Shown in pieces: positions 48,725-61,022 of a DNA stretch of 64,000 bases. Under the pieces are notes generated by a model. The model worked only from the letters and a program-made list of their open reading frames with translations, was not told the DNA's origin and did not search any database. This stretch comes from Gammaproteobacteria bacterium (GTDB lineage Bacteria > Pseudomonadota > Gammaproteobacteria > JABABF01), in NCBI GenBank assembly GCA_965237805.1, contig OZ250153.1:864001-928000 (forward strand), read 5' to 3'. The translations under genes and the position numbers were made by a program. The stretch's first letter is position 1. Each line of letters starts with the position of its first letter.

Positions 48725-49075
48725 ATGAAGAAATACCGCGACACACACGAATGGTTCGACGAGGCCGACAACTGCGTCGGCATCAGCGAGCACGCCGTTC
48801 GGGAACTGGGCGACATCATTTTTCTGGAGTTGCCATCGGTGGGGGTGGCAGTCGCTAGCGGCGAAGCGGTGGCCGTGATCGAATCCGTCAAGGCGGCCAG
48901 CGACATCACCGCCCCGCTCAGCGGCAAAATCACCGCCGTCAACGAAGCGCTAGCCGAGGCCCCAGAGGCACTGGCCGACGCGCCCGGCACATGGTTGTTC
49001 AAGCTCGAGCCCAGTGCGCCTGAAGAACTGGCACAGCTGATGGATGAGGCGGGCTACACCGCCTCTCTGACCTGA
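48725..49075 (+). CDS. gcvH: Glycine cleavage system H protein
   Basis: HEW, LGDI.F.ELP, lipoyl-lysine ESVKAASD. Confidence 0.95.
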   Translation: MKKYRDTHEWFDEADNCVGISEHAVRELGDIIFLELPSVGVAVASGEAVAVIESVKAASDITAPLSGKITAVNEALAEAPEALADAPGTWLFKLEPSAPEELAQLMDEAGYTASLT

Positions 49076-49109
49076 AGACCGACAACACTGAGCCCGACGG
49101 AGCAAAGCG

Positions 49110-49340
49110 ATGAAGCAAGGAAACAAGCAGGCTCAAGCAGTGCGCCACGCAGAAGAGGAGCACACCGCGCCCGCCCTGAGCGCACACTCAACCGCCCCCC
49201 ACGAGGACAAGGCCGCAGCGGCACCAGCCACGAAGACAGCGCATACCACATCGGCACGAGTGGGACTCGGCGACGCGCAACGGCCATCCTCCCTCTACAT
49301 AATCGGTCATGGCCGGCACTTGCAAACCAGCACCTCCTAG
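49110..49340 (+). CDS. Small orphan ORF between gcvH and gcvP
   Basis: GGAG RBS 7 nt before the ATG; 76-aa Ala/His/Thr-rich; no recognisable family. Confidence 0.35.
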   Translation: MKQGNKQAQAVRHAEEEHTAPALSAHSTAPHEDKAAAAPATKTAHTTSARVGLGDAQRPSSLYIIGHGRHLQTSTS

Positions 49341-49364
49341 CTGTGGGTGTGCTCGGGGTCTCCC

Positions 49365-52262
<2,898 letters not shown>

Positions 52263-52430
52263 GGCCAATGACGACCAGCCCTTGCCAGAGGCTCCGGCAC
52301 CATATCCGAGCTCAATTCGCCATGAAGTGGACGCTATTTGATATTTGACTTTTCCCCACTCCTCTTTGCCCGACATCTTGTTGCTAAATGAGCGATGTAT
52401 TGAGAGCGCATTGTGATCCCCAAAACACCA

Positions 52431-52635
52431 ATGATTCCTGATCGGCCTAGTAGCGTGCCGGGTGGCTATGACCAGCTGCCAGCTCGTCTGAGCACGGTCG
52501 AGGCAACATTGCCGCATATGGCCTCGCACGCTGAAGTGTGGGAACAGACAAATGCCCTCTCAAAGGAAATGGGGCAACTTAATTAGGTCTATGGCGGAAG
52601 AGTGCGGTGCCGTGAGGTCTGAGATCGGCGCTTAG
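52431..52635 (+). pseudogene. Remnant of a coiled-coil (CCDC90/DUF1640-like) gene
   Basis: RLSTVEATLPHMASHAEV...LSKEMGQLN* then, in another frame, MAEECGAVRSEIGA*. Confidence 0.3.
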
Positions 52636-52791
52636 ACTGCCAAACACCGCGACTTGCGCTCGACCATGCTGCCGTCCACAGCTGCCTAAGCCCCCAACGC
52701 CAACACCATCTCATCCACACCCCCCAACGGCCAGCCAGCTTCTATAATGCCGGGGATCGCCATTGCCTCGACGACAGACGAGTACCCCGCT

Positions 52792-54039
52792 ATGAATTTG
52801 CCTACCGACATCAGCTTCGATGACCTGCGCGACCCCATGCTGAGCGACCACCAGCGGGGAGGCATACAATACGCCGCCGCCAACGAACCCGATCTGAGCC
52901 CACAGGCTATCCTCGACCAAGCCGCCGAGCAGACTGGTCTCGACGACTTCGGCCCATCCGATTTCCGCGAGCGCCTCGATGTGCTGAGCCAAGCCATCCT
53001 TGAGGATGAAACGCTGGGAGCGCTGGGACGCCTGAGCCTGCACAGCGATCTGGTGCGCTACGCCGCCAACCGGCTGCGCCTCTTCGATCTGCTCCGCCGC
53101 CACCCCGAGATCCACGAGGTCGAGCTGCCAGCGCCGATCATCGTCATCGGCCTGCCGCGCTCGGGTACCACCCATCTGGTTAATCTGATCGCCAGCGACC
53201 TGCGGCTGCGCTCGATGCCGTTCTGGGAGAGCCGCGAGCCGGTGCCGACCCCCGGCGAGCCGGAGAATGCACGCTTCGAGCGCTGCCGCGAGGCCCACGC
53301 CGCTGGCGATGCGGTGCTACCGCTGCTCAAGACCATGCACGATATGACGGCGGATCATGTGCACGAGGAGATCGAGCTGCAGGCCGTCGATTTCAGCACT
53401 TATATCCCGGAATGGCTCGCACATGTGCCGCGCTGGCGCGACTACTATCTGGCGCACGACCAGCGCCCCCACTACCGCTTCCTGAAGACGGCGCTGCAGG
53501 CGGTGCAGTGGCAGCGGCCCGGCCCGGCGCGCTGGGTGCTGAAATCGCCGCAGCACTTGGAGCAGATAGGCCCGCTGATCGAAATCTTCCCGGACGCCGT
53601 CGTCGTCATCACGCACCGCGACCCGATCTCGGTGATCGGCTCGGCGGCGACGATGCTGGCCTACGGCGACCGCCTGCGGCGCACCGAAGTTGATCCGCCG
53701 CGCATCGCGGCCTACTGGGCCGCGCGGGTGGAGCAATTGCTGCGCAGCTGCACCCGCGACCGCGAACTGCTGCCAGCCGAACGCAGTATCGATGTGCTGT
53801 TCCACGAATTCATGGCCGACGACATCGGCATGGTCAAGCGCATCTATGACGTGGCCGGGTTGGAGCTGGGTGCCGAAGACCGCCGCCATCTGACAAACTA
53901 CATGGACGAGAACCCACGCGGCAAACACGGCCGCATCGTCTATCAACTGGAGCGGGATCTGGAAATGGATATGGCAGAGCTCTCAGAGCGTTTCGCCTTC
54001 TATTACGAGCGCTTTGGCGTGCGCCGCGAGCACGTCTAG
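52792..54039 (+). CDS. Sulfotransferase (mycobacterial Stf-like)
   Basis: IGLPRSGTTHL (PAPS loop), WVLKSPQH, THRDP. Confidence 0.93.
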   Translation: MNLPTDISFDDLRDPMLSDHQRGGIQYAAANEPDLSPQAILDQAAEQTGLDDFGPSDFRERLDVLSQAILEDETLGALGRLSLHSDLVRYAANRLRLFDLLRRHPEIHEVELPAPIIVIGLPRSGTTHLVNLIASDLRLRSMPFWESREPVPTPGEPENARFERCREAHAAGDAVLPLLKTMHDMTADHVHEEIELQAVDFSTYIPEWLAHVPRWRDYYLAHDQRPHYRFLKTALQAVQWQRPGPARWVLKSPQHLEQIGPLIEIFPDAVVVITHRDPISVIGSAATMLAYGDRLRRTEVDPPRIAAYWAARVEQLLRSCTRDRELLPAERSIDVLFHEFMADDIGMVKRIYDVAGLELGAEDRRHLTNYMDENPRGKHGRIVYQLERDLEMDMAELSERFAFYYERFGVRREHV

Positions 54040-54088
54040 CAGCGCCGCCCACAGCCGACGCAGAGCCGCGACAGGATAAGCCGCCGCC

Positions 54089-55168
54089 ATGAACAACCCC
54101 AAAGATGCCACCCACGCGCTGCTGAAAGCCCTCGCCGACGGCATCCAGAAAATCGAGGACACCCCCGGCATGGATGACATCGACAACTCCGTGGCCTACA
54201 GCAACCTGATGGATCTCACCAGCTTCGGCCTTGAGGGCTATGTGCAAAATGACCCGGGCCAGCCGCGCTGGGTGGACATCTTGGCTGGCCCGCGCAAGAT
54301 CGGCGGCGACAACCAGCACGCCCGCTACTTCTTCGCTCCGCTCTCCCCCAAGCACCGCTACCGCATCCGCGGCAAGCTGCAGGGAGCAATCTACTTGGGC
54401 TTCACTGTCTACGGCTGCGAGGCAGACGAGGAACATATGCACATCGTCACCAACACCAACAGCAGCGAGATCACAATGCGTCCGGACGGCAGTTTCGAGC
54501 TGGAGCTGTCGGCAGCTAAAAACGGCGGGGTCAACCACATCCACTTGAAGCCCGAAACCAATTCGATCATCCTGCGCCAGTACTTCGGTGCCCCGGCGCT
54601 GACACAGGGGCACCACTTCGAAATCGAAGCGCTGGATGGCCCGGCGCCCAGCGGGGTCAACAGTAGCGCGGAGATCGCCCGGCGCATCGCGCAGACGGCA
54701 GCCTTCCTGCGCGGCTGGGTGAATATGACACCGATGCCGTGGCCCGAGGACGATGCGGCTTGGAACCAAGTCTGCAACCCCTTCCACACTGGCGAGTCCA
54801 CTGGCCATTGGTCCACCCCCGACAACATCCATGCCTTCGGCCACTTCCGGCTGGCTGAGGACGAAGCGCTGGTGCTGCGCGGCACAGCAGTGCCCTGCAC
54901 CTACTGGAGCTGCCATCTGTGGAACATCAGCATGCAGACCTTCGACTTCGACAACTTCCGCTGTGCGCAGCTGGGGCACTCTCTGCCGCTGACTGAGGAC
55001 AGCGGCTGGCGCATCGTCATCGCCCGCGGCGCACCGCGCGGCCCGGGCTGGCTGGACACCGCTGGGCACCACCGCGGCTTTATCTATTTCCGCTGGCTGG
55101 AGACGCGCCAGCAGCTGCCGGGACCGATACAAGCTGAGCTGGTCAAGACCGACACCGTCCCAGACTAG
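54089..55168 (+). CDS. DUF1214-like protein
   Basis: KIGGDN..A.Y, YRIRG, DGSFEL.LS, L.EDEALV, C.YWSC.L.N, WLDTAGH..G....RW. Confidence 0.75.
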   Translation: MNNPKDATHALLKALADGIQKIEDTPGMDDIDNSVAYSNLMDLTSFGLEGYVQNDPGQPRWVDILAGPRKIGGDNQHARYFFAPLSPKHRYRIRGKLQGAIYLGFTVYGCEADEEHMHIVTNTNSSEITMRPDGSFELELSAAKNGGVNHIHLKPETNSIILRQYFGAPALTQGHHFEIEALDGPAPSGVNSSAEIARRIAQTAAFLRGWVNMTPMPWPEDDAAWNQVCNPFHTGESTGHWSTPDNIHAFGHFRLAEDEALVLRGTAVPCTYWSCHLWNISMQTFDFDNFRCAQLGHSLPLTEDSGWRIVIARGAPRGPGWLDTAGHHRGFIYFRWLETRQQLPGPIQAELVKTDTVPD

Positions 55169-55171
55169 GCG

Positions 55172-56372
55172 ATGGCAATCTACCCGCCGCCGGAGGCTTG
55201 TCCGGCGTCTGAACTACTTGGGGCTTGGCATCGGTGGTGCCAGCAGCTGGTGCCAGCTTTTGAGGCCGAGGAGCTGCTGGAACGTGCGCGCGAATCCACC
55301 GGTCTCAAGGACTTTGGCACCGACACTTGGCGCGAGCCTTGCGAGCGGCTGTTGCCCGCGCTGGATGACGAGGCGCGGCTGAACACGCTGGGGCGGGTGA
55401 TGAGCCGGCCGAGCTGATCCGCATCCTGCGCACGCGGCTGTTGCTGGAGGAATGCCACCGCCGCCATCCAGAGCGCACTGGCCAAGCGATGCCCAAGCCG
55501 GTATTCATCACTGGCTCCGGGCGCACCGGTACGACCATCCTACTGGAACTACTGGCGCTGGATCCACGCCTGCGTGCGCCGCTGGCTTGGGAGGCCATCC
55601 ACCCGCCACCTTGGGCCGGCGACGAGGCTCTGCCCGGGCGCGAGCTGCTGGCCGAATGCGAGCAGGGCAGCTGGGCGGACATCATGCCAAAATTCGATGC
55701 CGTCCACGAATTGCGCGCGGCACTGCCGGTGGAATGCATCACGGCGATGGCCTGCGAGTTCAGCACCGGACACTGGATGACCGTGACCAATGTCATGGAA
55801 TTCGCCGCTTGGCGGGCAACTGAAACCGACCCGTTGCCAGCCCACACCTGCCACAAGCGGTTTTTCCAAGCACTGGCCGCGCCGGGGGATGGACAGCGCT
55901 AGCTATTCAAGTCACCGGGGCATCTGGCAGGCTTGGTGCCGCTGTTCGCGACCTATCCCGACGCGACTGTGATCCACACCCACCGCGAGCACGACGACGC
56001 ACAGCCAAGCGCTGCGCAGTGACCACCATGAAAAGCGCGAGCGCGGGCCGATCATCGCTTTCAGCTAGCAGATGATGGCAGAGACGATCATCCGCCAGCG
56101 CGAAGCGGAGGAATTGCCGAACGCACAGTTCGCAGACCTCCTATTCTCCGATTTCATGCGCGGCCCGGTGGCGGTGATCGCGGCGCTCTATCCGACGATG
56201 GAGCTGGAATTCCGCGACGAGGATGCCGGGCGCATCCACGCCTATTTGGCGGCCAAACCACAGGGCAAACACGGCGTGCATCGCTACGCTAGAGGAGTAC
56301 GGGCTGGATGCGGAGGAGTTGCGGGAGCAATTTGCCCCGTACTGCGAGTATTATGGAGTGGTGGCAGAGTGA
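55172..56372 (+). pseudogene. Sulfotransferase pseudogene
   Basis: Fragments in several frames: TGLKDFG; VFITGSGRTGTT; R*LFKSPGHL; GKHGVHRY. Confidence 0.88.
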
Positions 56373-56480
56373 TTGGACGTGGCAACTGCCCCGGTCTAGC
56401 CAAGAAAATGAATCCCGATGTCAGCAAGCCGCTCAGCAGCGTCGCGCCAAGCTGTCGGGTCACGCTTGATCAAAGAGGAA

Positions 56481-57467
56481 ATGACTATGTTCAGTATTGA
56501 ATTCCTAGAGCAATTGCCAAGGGATCCGTTGACGAGAATCAACCAGCTATGCGAAAAATTGGCACCGGATGTGGTGCAGGCGAAGCGGCTCTGGCTAGCT
56601 CGCAACGCTGTACTGTTGGTCTTGACCAGTCTGTCAGCGTTCCTTGTCATCCGGATTGGCATTGCGTTTAGCGGCAGCATCTATTCGCTTTTTACCGAAG
56701 CGCGTGGCATCGGGGCCTTGCTGGCCTTGACCGCGTTCTGCATCCCGTTTTTTTTCGTGATCAGAGAATTCAAAGGCCACTTGGAAAGGATTTACAAAGA
56801 CATCATCTTGGATCTGGATACCATCCGGCTGTACGTGAAAAATTGCTCTGAGACAGTGGATTTGTTTCTGGTAAAAACAAATCTGTTTGTCATGGTGGAT
56901 TCTGATCTGGATCTAAAACACCGCCAATCTGCCAAGAACAAGCTGATGTACGACATCAGCACGGATATGCGCACGGTCTGCGCCGCCATCAACGAAATTG
57001 ACTACAATCGCATACGGCGTAAAAACCAAGAGGAAATCCAAGCGCGACTGGATGCTGAAGAGCCCTATGAATATATGCCCCAAGCACCGTATGAGCTGAC
57101 GGATGCTGAATTGCAACGGGTGCAGGATCTGATACAGGAATTGAAGACGTCGATCCGCAATAGTGGGGAATTGACTGAAAGTCATAAGGATCGCTTGCTG
57201 AGCCGCTTGGATGCACTGCAGCAACGAGTCAATAAAAAGATGTCTTCTTTAGACAAAGTGTTTGCCCTGATCGGGACGGCGGGAATCACCCTCGGCAAGT
57301 TGGGACCGGAGGTGAAACCACTGGTCGATTCCTTCAGGGAGCTGGCGGATGTGTTCAGAGCTGTCGGCGCACGTGGCGATAGCGGGCGTGATGCCAACAC
57401 ACTGCTCACAGGGCCAGACTCGGATCCTGTGCCACTGATGCCGCAGGATGAACCCGCCAAGATCTGA
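56481..57467 (+). CDS. Hypothetical two-TM protein with a C-terminal helical bundle
   Basis: Lower GC, AGAGGA RBS, two hydrophobic helices, coiled-coil C-terminus. Confidence 0.7.
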   Translation: MTMFSIEFLEQLPRDPLTRINQLCEKLAPDVVQAKRLWLARNAVLLVLTSLSAFLVIRIGIAFSGSIYSLFTEARGIGALLALTAFCIPFFFVIREFKGHLERIYKDIILDLDTIRLYVKNCSETVDLFLVKTNLFVMVDSDLDLKHRQSAKNKLMYDISTDMRTVCAAINEIDYNRIRRKNQEEIQARLDAEEPYEYMPQAPYELTDAELQRVQDLIQELKTSIRNSGELTESHKDRLLSRLDALQQRVNKKMSSLDKVFALIGTAGITLGKLGPEVKPLVDSFRELADVFRAVGARGDSGRDANTLLTGPDSDPVPLMPQDEPAKI

Positions 57468-57531
57468 AGTGGCCGAGCTGCTGGGCTGATTCCGCCACCC
57501 ATCCCTCACCGGGGGCGACCCCCACAGCCCC

Positions 57532-58248
57532 ATGTCCGACTCCCGAAACGCTGGTGCCAACCCTTTCCCCCGCGGTGCTGCTCGCTTTCTGATCAGCGCC
57601 GCTACCCCGACGCAATGGCCAGCCGACGAGGGTGCCGAGACGGTGTTCATCGGGCGCTCCAATGCCGGCAAGTCCAGCGTGCTCAACGCGCTTTGCGGCA
57701 TCGGCAGCTTGGCCCGCACCAGCCGCTCGCCGGGACGCACCCGACTGTTCAACTTCTTTGCCTTGGATGATGCCGCCACCCGGCGACTGGTGGATGTGCC
57801 GGGTTATGGCTTCGCCCGCGCCAGCATCGCCGAGCGCCGTCGTTGGCGACTGAACTTAGAGCGCTTCTTGGCACAGCGCCGCAGCCTGCGCGGCGTCGTG
57901 CTAATCATGGATGCCCGCCACCCGTTGCAGCGTAGCGACTGGGAACTGCTCGCCACCGCCCATACCACCGACCATCCGGTGCATGTGCTACTCAACAAGG
58001 CCGATAAATTGTCGCGTAGCAAGGCGATGCACAGCCTGCACGAGGTGCAGCGGCAACTGGAAAGCGCCCCCGAGTCGGAGCCAGATGATGGCGCATATCG
58101 GAGCGCCTCGGCGACTGGCGACGGGTCACCACCCCCGGCAGCACAGGCCCCCCCGCCGCTCAGCCTGCAACTGTTCTCTGCACTCAAGGGCGATGGCGTG
58201 GACGATGCCCGCGCGTGCATTGCCAGCTGGCTAGCTGACCACCGCTGA
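57532..58248 (+). CDS. engB: Ribosome biogenesis GTPase YihA/EngB
   Basis: GRSNAGKSS, TSRSPGRT, DVPGYG, NKADK, FSA. Confidence 0.95.
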   Translation: MSDSRNAGANPFPRGAARFLISAATPTQWPADEGAETVFIGRSNAGKSSVLNALCGIGSLARTSRSPGRTRLFNFFALDDAATRRLVDVPGYGFARASIAERRRWRLNLERFLAQRRSLRGVVLIMDARHPLQRSDWELLATAHTTDHPVHVLLNKADKLSRSKAMHSLHEVQRQLESAPESEPDDGAYRSASATGDGSPPPAAQAPPPLSLQLFSALKGDGVDDARACIASWLADHR

Positions 58249-58265
58249 GCGGTGCCTGACCCGGC

Positions 58266-59192
58266 CTAGCGGGCACCCTCTCCCACCGCCCCTCGCAGCT
58301 CAAAGGCGAGCAGGGCTGGCAACACTTGGTGGCGTTGCTGGCTGAGCAGCACCACATGGTCACTGCCCGGCAGCTGTAGCCATTGTTGCTCACCTCGGAA
58401 CTGCATGACCCCCGCAGCAGCGGCAAAGGATGCGGTACCGTCACCCTCGGCGTGGGCGGCGAATACCCGTGCGTGGATTGCGCGCAGGCGCTCCGGGGCG
58501 ATGGCATTGTGGATCCAGTCCAGCGAGTCGGCCACTGGCTGCCACGGAAAGTTCAGGTAGCGGATGCGCGGCAGACTGTCGCCGGGATAGTGCAAAGCTG
58601 CTACGCTCGTCTTCTCATAGTGCAACAGGGATCCCAAGCGCTGTAGTAGCCACTCGGCCTTGATGCCGTGGATGGAGGGGGCACGGAAGTAGGGGTTCAT
58701 CAAGTAGATGGTCCGCAACCGTTGCTCCGCCCGGTAGTGATATCCCAAGCCCACGCTGATGGTGGCACCGAATGAGGAGCCGACGAGGTTGAGGCTCTGG
58801 CAGGAAGCTAGCAGCTCCTCGCTACGCGCCAGCGCTTGGGCGAACCAGTCCTCTATGTCCAAGCCGAGTAGCTCCCCCGGCTGGCGGCCATGCCCGGCGA
58901 GTAGCGGAGCCTCAATGTGCTGGCCGGTCTGCGCCGACAGCCACTCGCCCAGTGCGCGCATGGCCTGCGGCGAGGAGGCGTAGCCGTGTAGCAGCAGCCA
59001 GCAACGCTCGCGCCCACCCTCGAAAACGAAGGGCTGGGCACCTTCGATCAGGCCATCCGACCGATACTGCCAGTGGGCGAGGTCGCGTGCGTCGATAGCG
59101 GCGCGGGAGAAAATGCCAGTGTGCTGGTGCAGTTGGAATAGGAGGCCACCGCAGAGAGCTACCAGCGCGGCTAGCCAGAGGGGCCCTCTCAT
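58266..59192 (-). CDS. Alpha/beta hydrolase (carboxylesterase-like)
   Basis: N-terminal TM, LLLHGY, LAGHG, GSSFG, SDHV. Confidence 0.85.
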   Translation of the reverse strand: MRGPLWLAALVALCGGLLFQLHQHTGIFSRAAIDARDLAHWQYRSDGLIEGAQPFVFEGGRERCWLLLHGYASSPQAMRALGEWLSAQTGQHIEAPLLAGHGRQPGELLGLDIEDWFAQALARSEELLASCQSLNLVGSSFGATISVGLGYHYRAEQRLRTIYLMNPYFRAPSIHGIKAEWLLQRLGSLLHYEKTSVAALHYPGDSLPRIRYLNFPWQPVADSLDWIHNAIAPERLRAIHARVFAAHAEGDGTASFAAAAGVMQFRGEQQWLQLPGSDHVVLLSQQRHQVLPALLAFELRGAVGEGAR

Positions 59193-59249
59193 GGTCGGCA
59201 ACGCGGAAACACTGTACTCAGCCCGGCGGCCACGCCGCATCGCTCCCGC

Positions 59250-59930
59250 TCAGCCCAAGGCCCCGTCGGCAAGGTGTCGACGCACGGCGCGGTAGGCGCG
59301 CTCCAAGCGCTCGGCCTCCACTGGTGGCTTGAGATAGGCACGCAGCTGGCCGTCCGGGGAGATAACGAAGACATTGGCACCGTGGTCGAATCGCTCGCCG
59401 CCATCCCCCGCACGCTGCACCGGCACACCGAGCCCGGCGGCCAAGCCGCGCAGCGCCACCGACGGGCCGCTCAGCGCTGTCATGTCGGCACGCCCGACGC
59501 GGCGCAGGAAGTCTGCCAAGCGCTGTGGCGTGTCGCGCACCGGATCGATGCTGATGAACAACAAGCGCAAATCATCGCCCCACTGGCGGCCCTCCAGCGC
59601 CGTGCCGAAACGAGCCATCTCAGCCACCGTCAGCGGGCACACATCGGGGCAGTGACTAAAGCCGAAGAAGGCCAGCGTCCACCCCCCACGCAGCCTTCCG
59701 GCGTCGAAGGGGATACCGTGCTGGTCGACGAGGCCATGGGGCAGCGGCACGGCTCGCGCCGCGGGCAACAGCACGATACCCAGCTGTTGCAACCGCACCA
59801 CCGGCTCCGGACGCAGGAAACGCGCGGTCGCCAGCGCCACCGCCAACATCGCGATGCCGAGTAGCGCCACCACCACCAAGCCGTGGCGGCGGCGCGGCAC
59901 GGCGCGCTCCGACATATCAGCCAAACTCAT
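59250..59930 (-). CDS. SCO1/SenC copper chaperone
   Basis: FGFSHCPDVCP, ISIDPVRDT, DH. Confidence 0.93.
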   Translation of the reverse strand: MSLADMSERAVPRRRHGLVVVALLGIAMLAVALATARFLRPEPVVRLQQLGIVLLPAARAVPLPHGLVDQHGIPFDAGRLRGGWTLAFFGFSHCPDVCPLTVAEMARFGTALEGRQWGDDLRLLFISIDPVRDTPQRLADFLRRVGRADMTALSGPSVALRGLAAGLGVPVQRAGDGGERFDHGANVFVISPDGQLRAYLKPPVEAERLERAYRAVRRHLADGALG

Positions 59931-60868
59931 AGCGTCTGTGGAGCCAACAACAACGGTTGGCTGGGCGGCAACAAGTAGTGATCTGCCAGTATGGCAGCGA
60001 ACAGCAACCCCAGATAAAGGATGGAATAGTTGAAATTCCAACGCGCCGTGCGACGGTCTCTACGGCGCATCAGCGCCAGCGCCAAGCCGAAATAGACCGC
60101 ACCCAACGGTAGCGCGGCCAGCAGGTACAACCCGCCGCTCTGGCCGACGACGAAGGGCAACAGGCTCACCGCCCACAGTAGCAGGGTATAGAGCAAAATG
60201 TGCAAGCGGGTATAGGCCTCCCCGTGGGTCACTGGCAACATCGGCACCCCGGCGCGGGCGTAATCCTCGCGCCTATCCAGTGCCAGCGCCCAGAAATGCG
60301 GCGGCGTCCAAGCGAAGATGATCAACACCAACAGCAACGCATAGGGGTGCACCGAGCCAGTGACGGCAGTCCAGCCCAGCAGCGGCGGCACGGCACCGAA
60401 AAGGCCTCCGATGACGATATTCTGCGATGTGACGTGCTTGAGCCAAGTGGTGTAGACGACGGCGTAGCCGAGCAATGCCACCAGCGTCAGCGCGGCGCTC
60501 AGAGGATTGGCGAAGACCAGCAGCAAGCCCGTACCAGCGGCGACCAGCAAAGCAGCAAAGCGAAGCGCCGCAACGGTCGACAAGCGCTGCTGTGGCAACG
60601 GTCGCCCTTGGGTACGCGCCATCTTGGCATCAATGCGGCGGTCGAACACATGGTTGAGGGTGGCGGCGGCAGCGGCGCACAGCGCGATGCCGAGGTTGGC
60701 AAAAAGCAGTATCGCCAGCGGCGGGAAAGTCGGCAAGGCAAGGCACATGCCGATGATTGAGGTGAGGATCATCAGCGCCACCACCCTTGGCTTACACAGC
60801 GCCAAGTAGTCGCGCCACAGCGGTGGCGACGGGGCGCTTGGCAACTCGACGGCGGCGGAAGTGGTCAT
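59927..60868 (-). CDS. cyoE: Protoheme IX farnesyltransferase (heme o synthase)
   Basis: LCKPRVV, DRRIDAKMART..RPLP, NIVIGG, WTPPHFWALA, VPMLPV. Confidence 0.96.
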   Translation of the reverse strand: MTTSAAVELPSAPSPPLWRDYLALCKPRVVALMILTSIIGMCLALPTFPPLAILLFANLGIALCAAAAATLNHVFDRRIDAKMARTQGRPLPQQRLSTVAALRFAALLVAAGTGLLLVFANPLSAALTLVALLGYAVVYTTWLKHVTSQNIVIGGLFGAVPPLLGWTAVTGSVHPYALLLVLIIFAWTPPHFWALALDRREDYARAGVPMLPVTHGEAYTRLHILLYTLLLWAVSLLPFVVGQSGGLYLLAALPLGAVYFGLALALMRRRDRRTARWNFNYSILYLGLLFAAILADHYLLPPSQPLLLAPQTL

Positions 60869-61022
60869 GGGGGACTCGGCACTGCACGCGGTGGCAGGGC
60901 GGGCTGCCGTGCGGTAGCCTTGGATGCTGCTGGGGGATTATACGAGAGGCAGCTGCGGGGGCAAGGTATTGCGCATAGCGGCAAAAGTGCACAGATTGGC
61001 AGACATCGCCTGCCCCGCCGCT

